Shown: in pieces, positions 63,515-64,000 of the stretch
How the letters are laid out: each line of letters opens with the position of its first letter
Numbering within the stretch: position 1 is the first letter of the stretch
Assembly: GCA_036785375.1 (NCBI GenBank)
Contig: JAWMAR010001141.1
Span: 186,001-250,000, forward strand
Source of the DNA: Leucoraja ocellata
Lineage: Eukaryota
Reading direction: 5' to 3'
Length of the DNA: 64,000 nt
The notes under the pieces: generated by a model
What the model saw: only the letters and a program-made list of their open reading frames with translations
Database searches by the model: none
What the model was told of the DNA's origin: nothing
Translations under genes and position numbers: made by a program

Positions 63515-63910
63515 TAAGGTACACAAAAATGGTGGAGAAACTCAGCGGCTCCAGCAGCATCTATGGAGCGAAGGAAATAGGCAACGTTTCGGGCCGAAAC
63601 CCTTCTTCAGACTGATAGGGGGTGGCGGGGAGAAGGAAGGAAAAAGGAGGAGGAGGAGCCCGAGGGCTGGGGGATGGGAGGAGACAGCAAGGGCTGACAA
63701 AATTGGGAGAATTCGATGTTCATGCCCGCAGGATGCAGACTCCCCAGGCGGAATATGAGGTGCTGTTCCCCCAATTTCCGGTGTTGCTCACTCTGGCAAT
63801 GGAGGAGACCCAGGACAGAGAGGTCGGAATGGGAATGGGAGGGAGAGTTGAAGTGCTGAGCCACGGGAGGTCAGGTAGGTTCTTGCGGACTGAGCGGAGG
63901 TGTTCGGAGG
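63515..63910 (-). mobile_element. Penelope-like element 3' fragment (GIY-YIG C-terminus plus pLTR)
   Basis: ORF 63607..63864: AQHFNSPSHS..LGEQHLIFRLGSLHPAGMNIEFS. Confidence 0.82.
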
Positions 63911-64000
63911 TGTTTAATCAAAGTTAGATTTGGTTCTGTTTAGTCAGTTAAATTTAGTTCTGATTAGTTTAGTAAACAAGTCCATGCCGATCAGCAATCC

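Overview
Vertebrate genomic DNA, most likely a cartilaginous fish (skate/ray-like: dense HE1/V-SINE-type SINEs, CR1/HER1, L2, Rex1, L1 and Penelope-like fragments, plus one 228-N gap). By reading splice sites by hand I reconstruct three intact, multi-exon minus-strand genes for CD300/pIgR/TREM-like (MDIR-type) Ig-V immune receptors. Gene A (9917->4709): V, short stalk, Arg-containing TM, almost no tail. Gene B (46422->35589): V, C2, S/T stalk, Arg-containing TM, short tail. Gene C (63345->51865): V, S/T stalk, neutral TM, four ITIM/ITSM tyrosines. B and C share about 70% identical V domains and homologous promoters, so they look like an activating/inhibitory paired-receptor set. Between B and A lie an orphan pseudo-stalk exon, an A-L1-A-L1-A tandem array whose ~800-bp repeat carries a copy of the receptor promoter, an Academ-like non-autonomous DNA transposon, and a young 5'-truncated L1 with an open ORF2 and a 14-bp TSD. 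More than a dozen Penelope-derived minimal hammerhead-ribozyme motifs occur on both strands. All gene models are manual predictions without transcript evidence; repeat boundaries are approximate.
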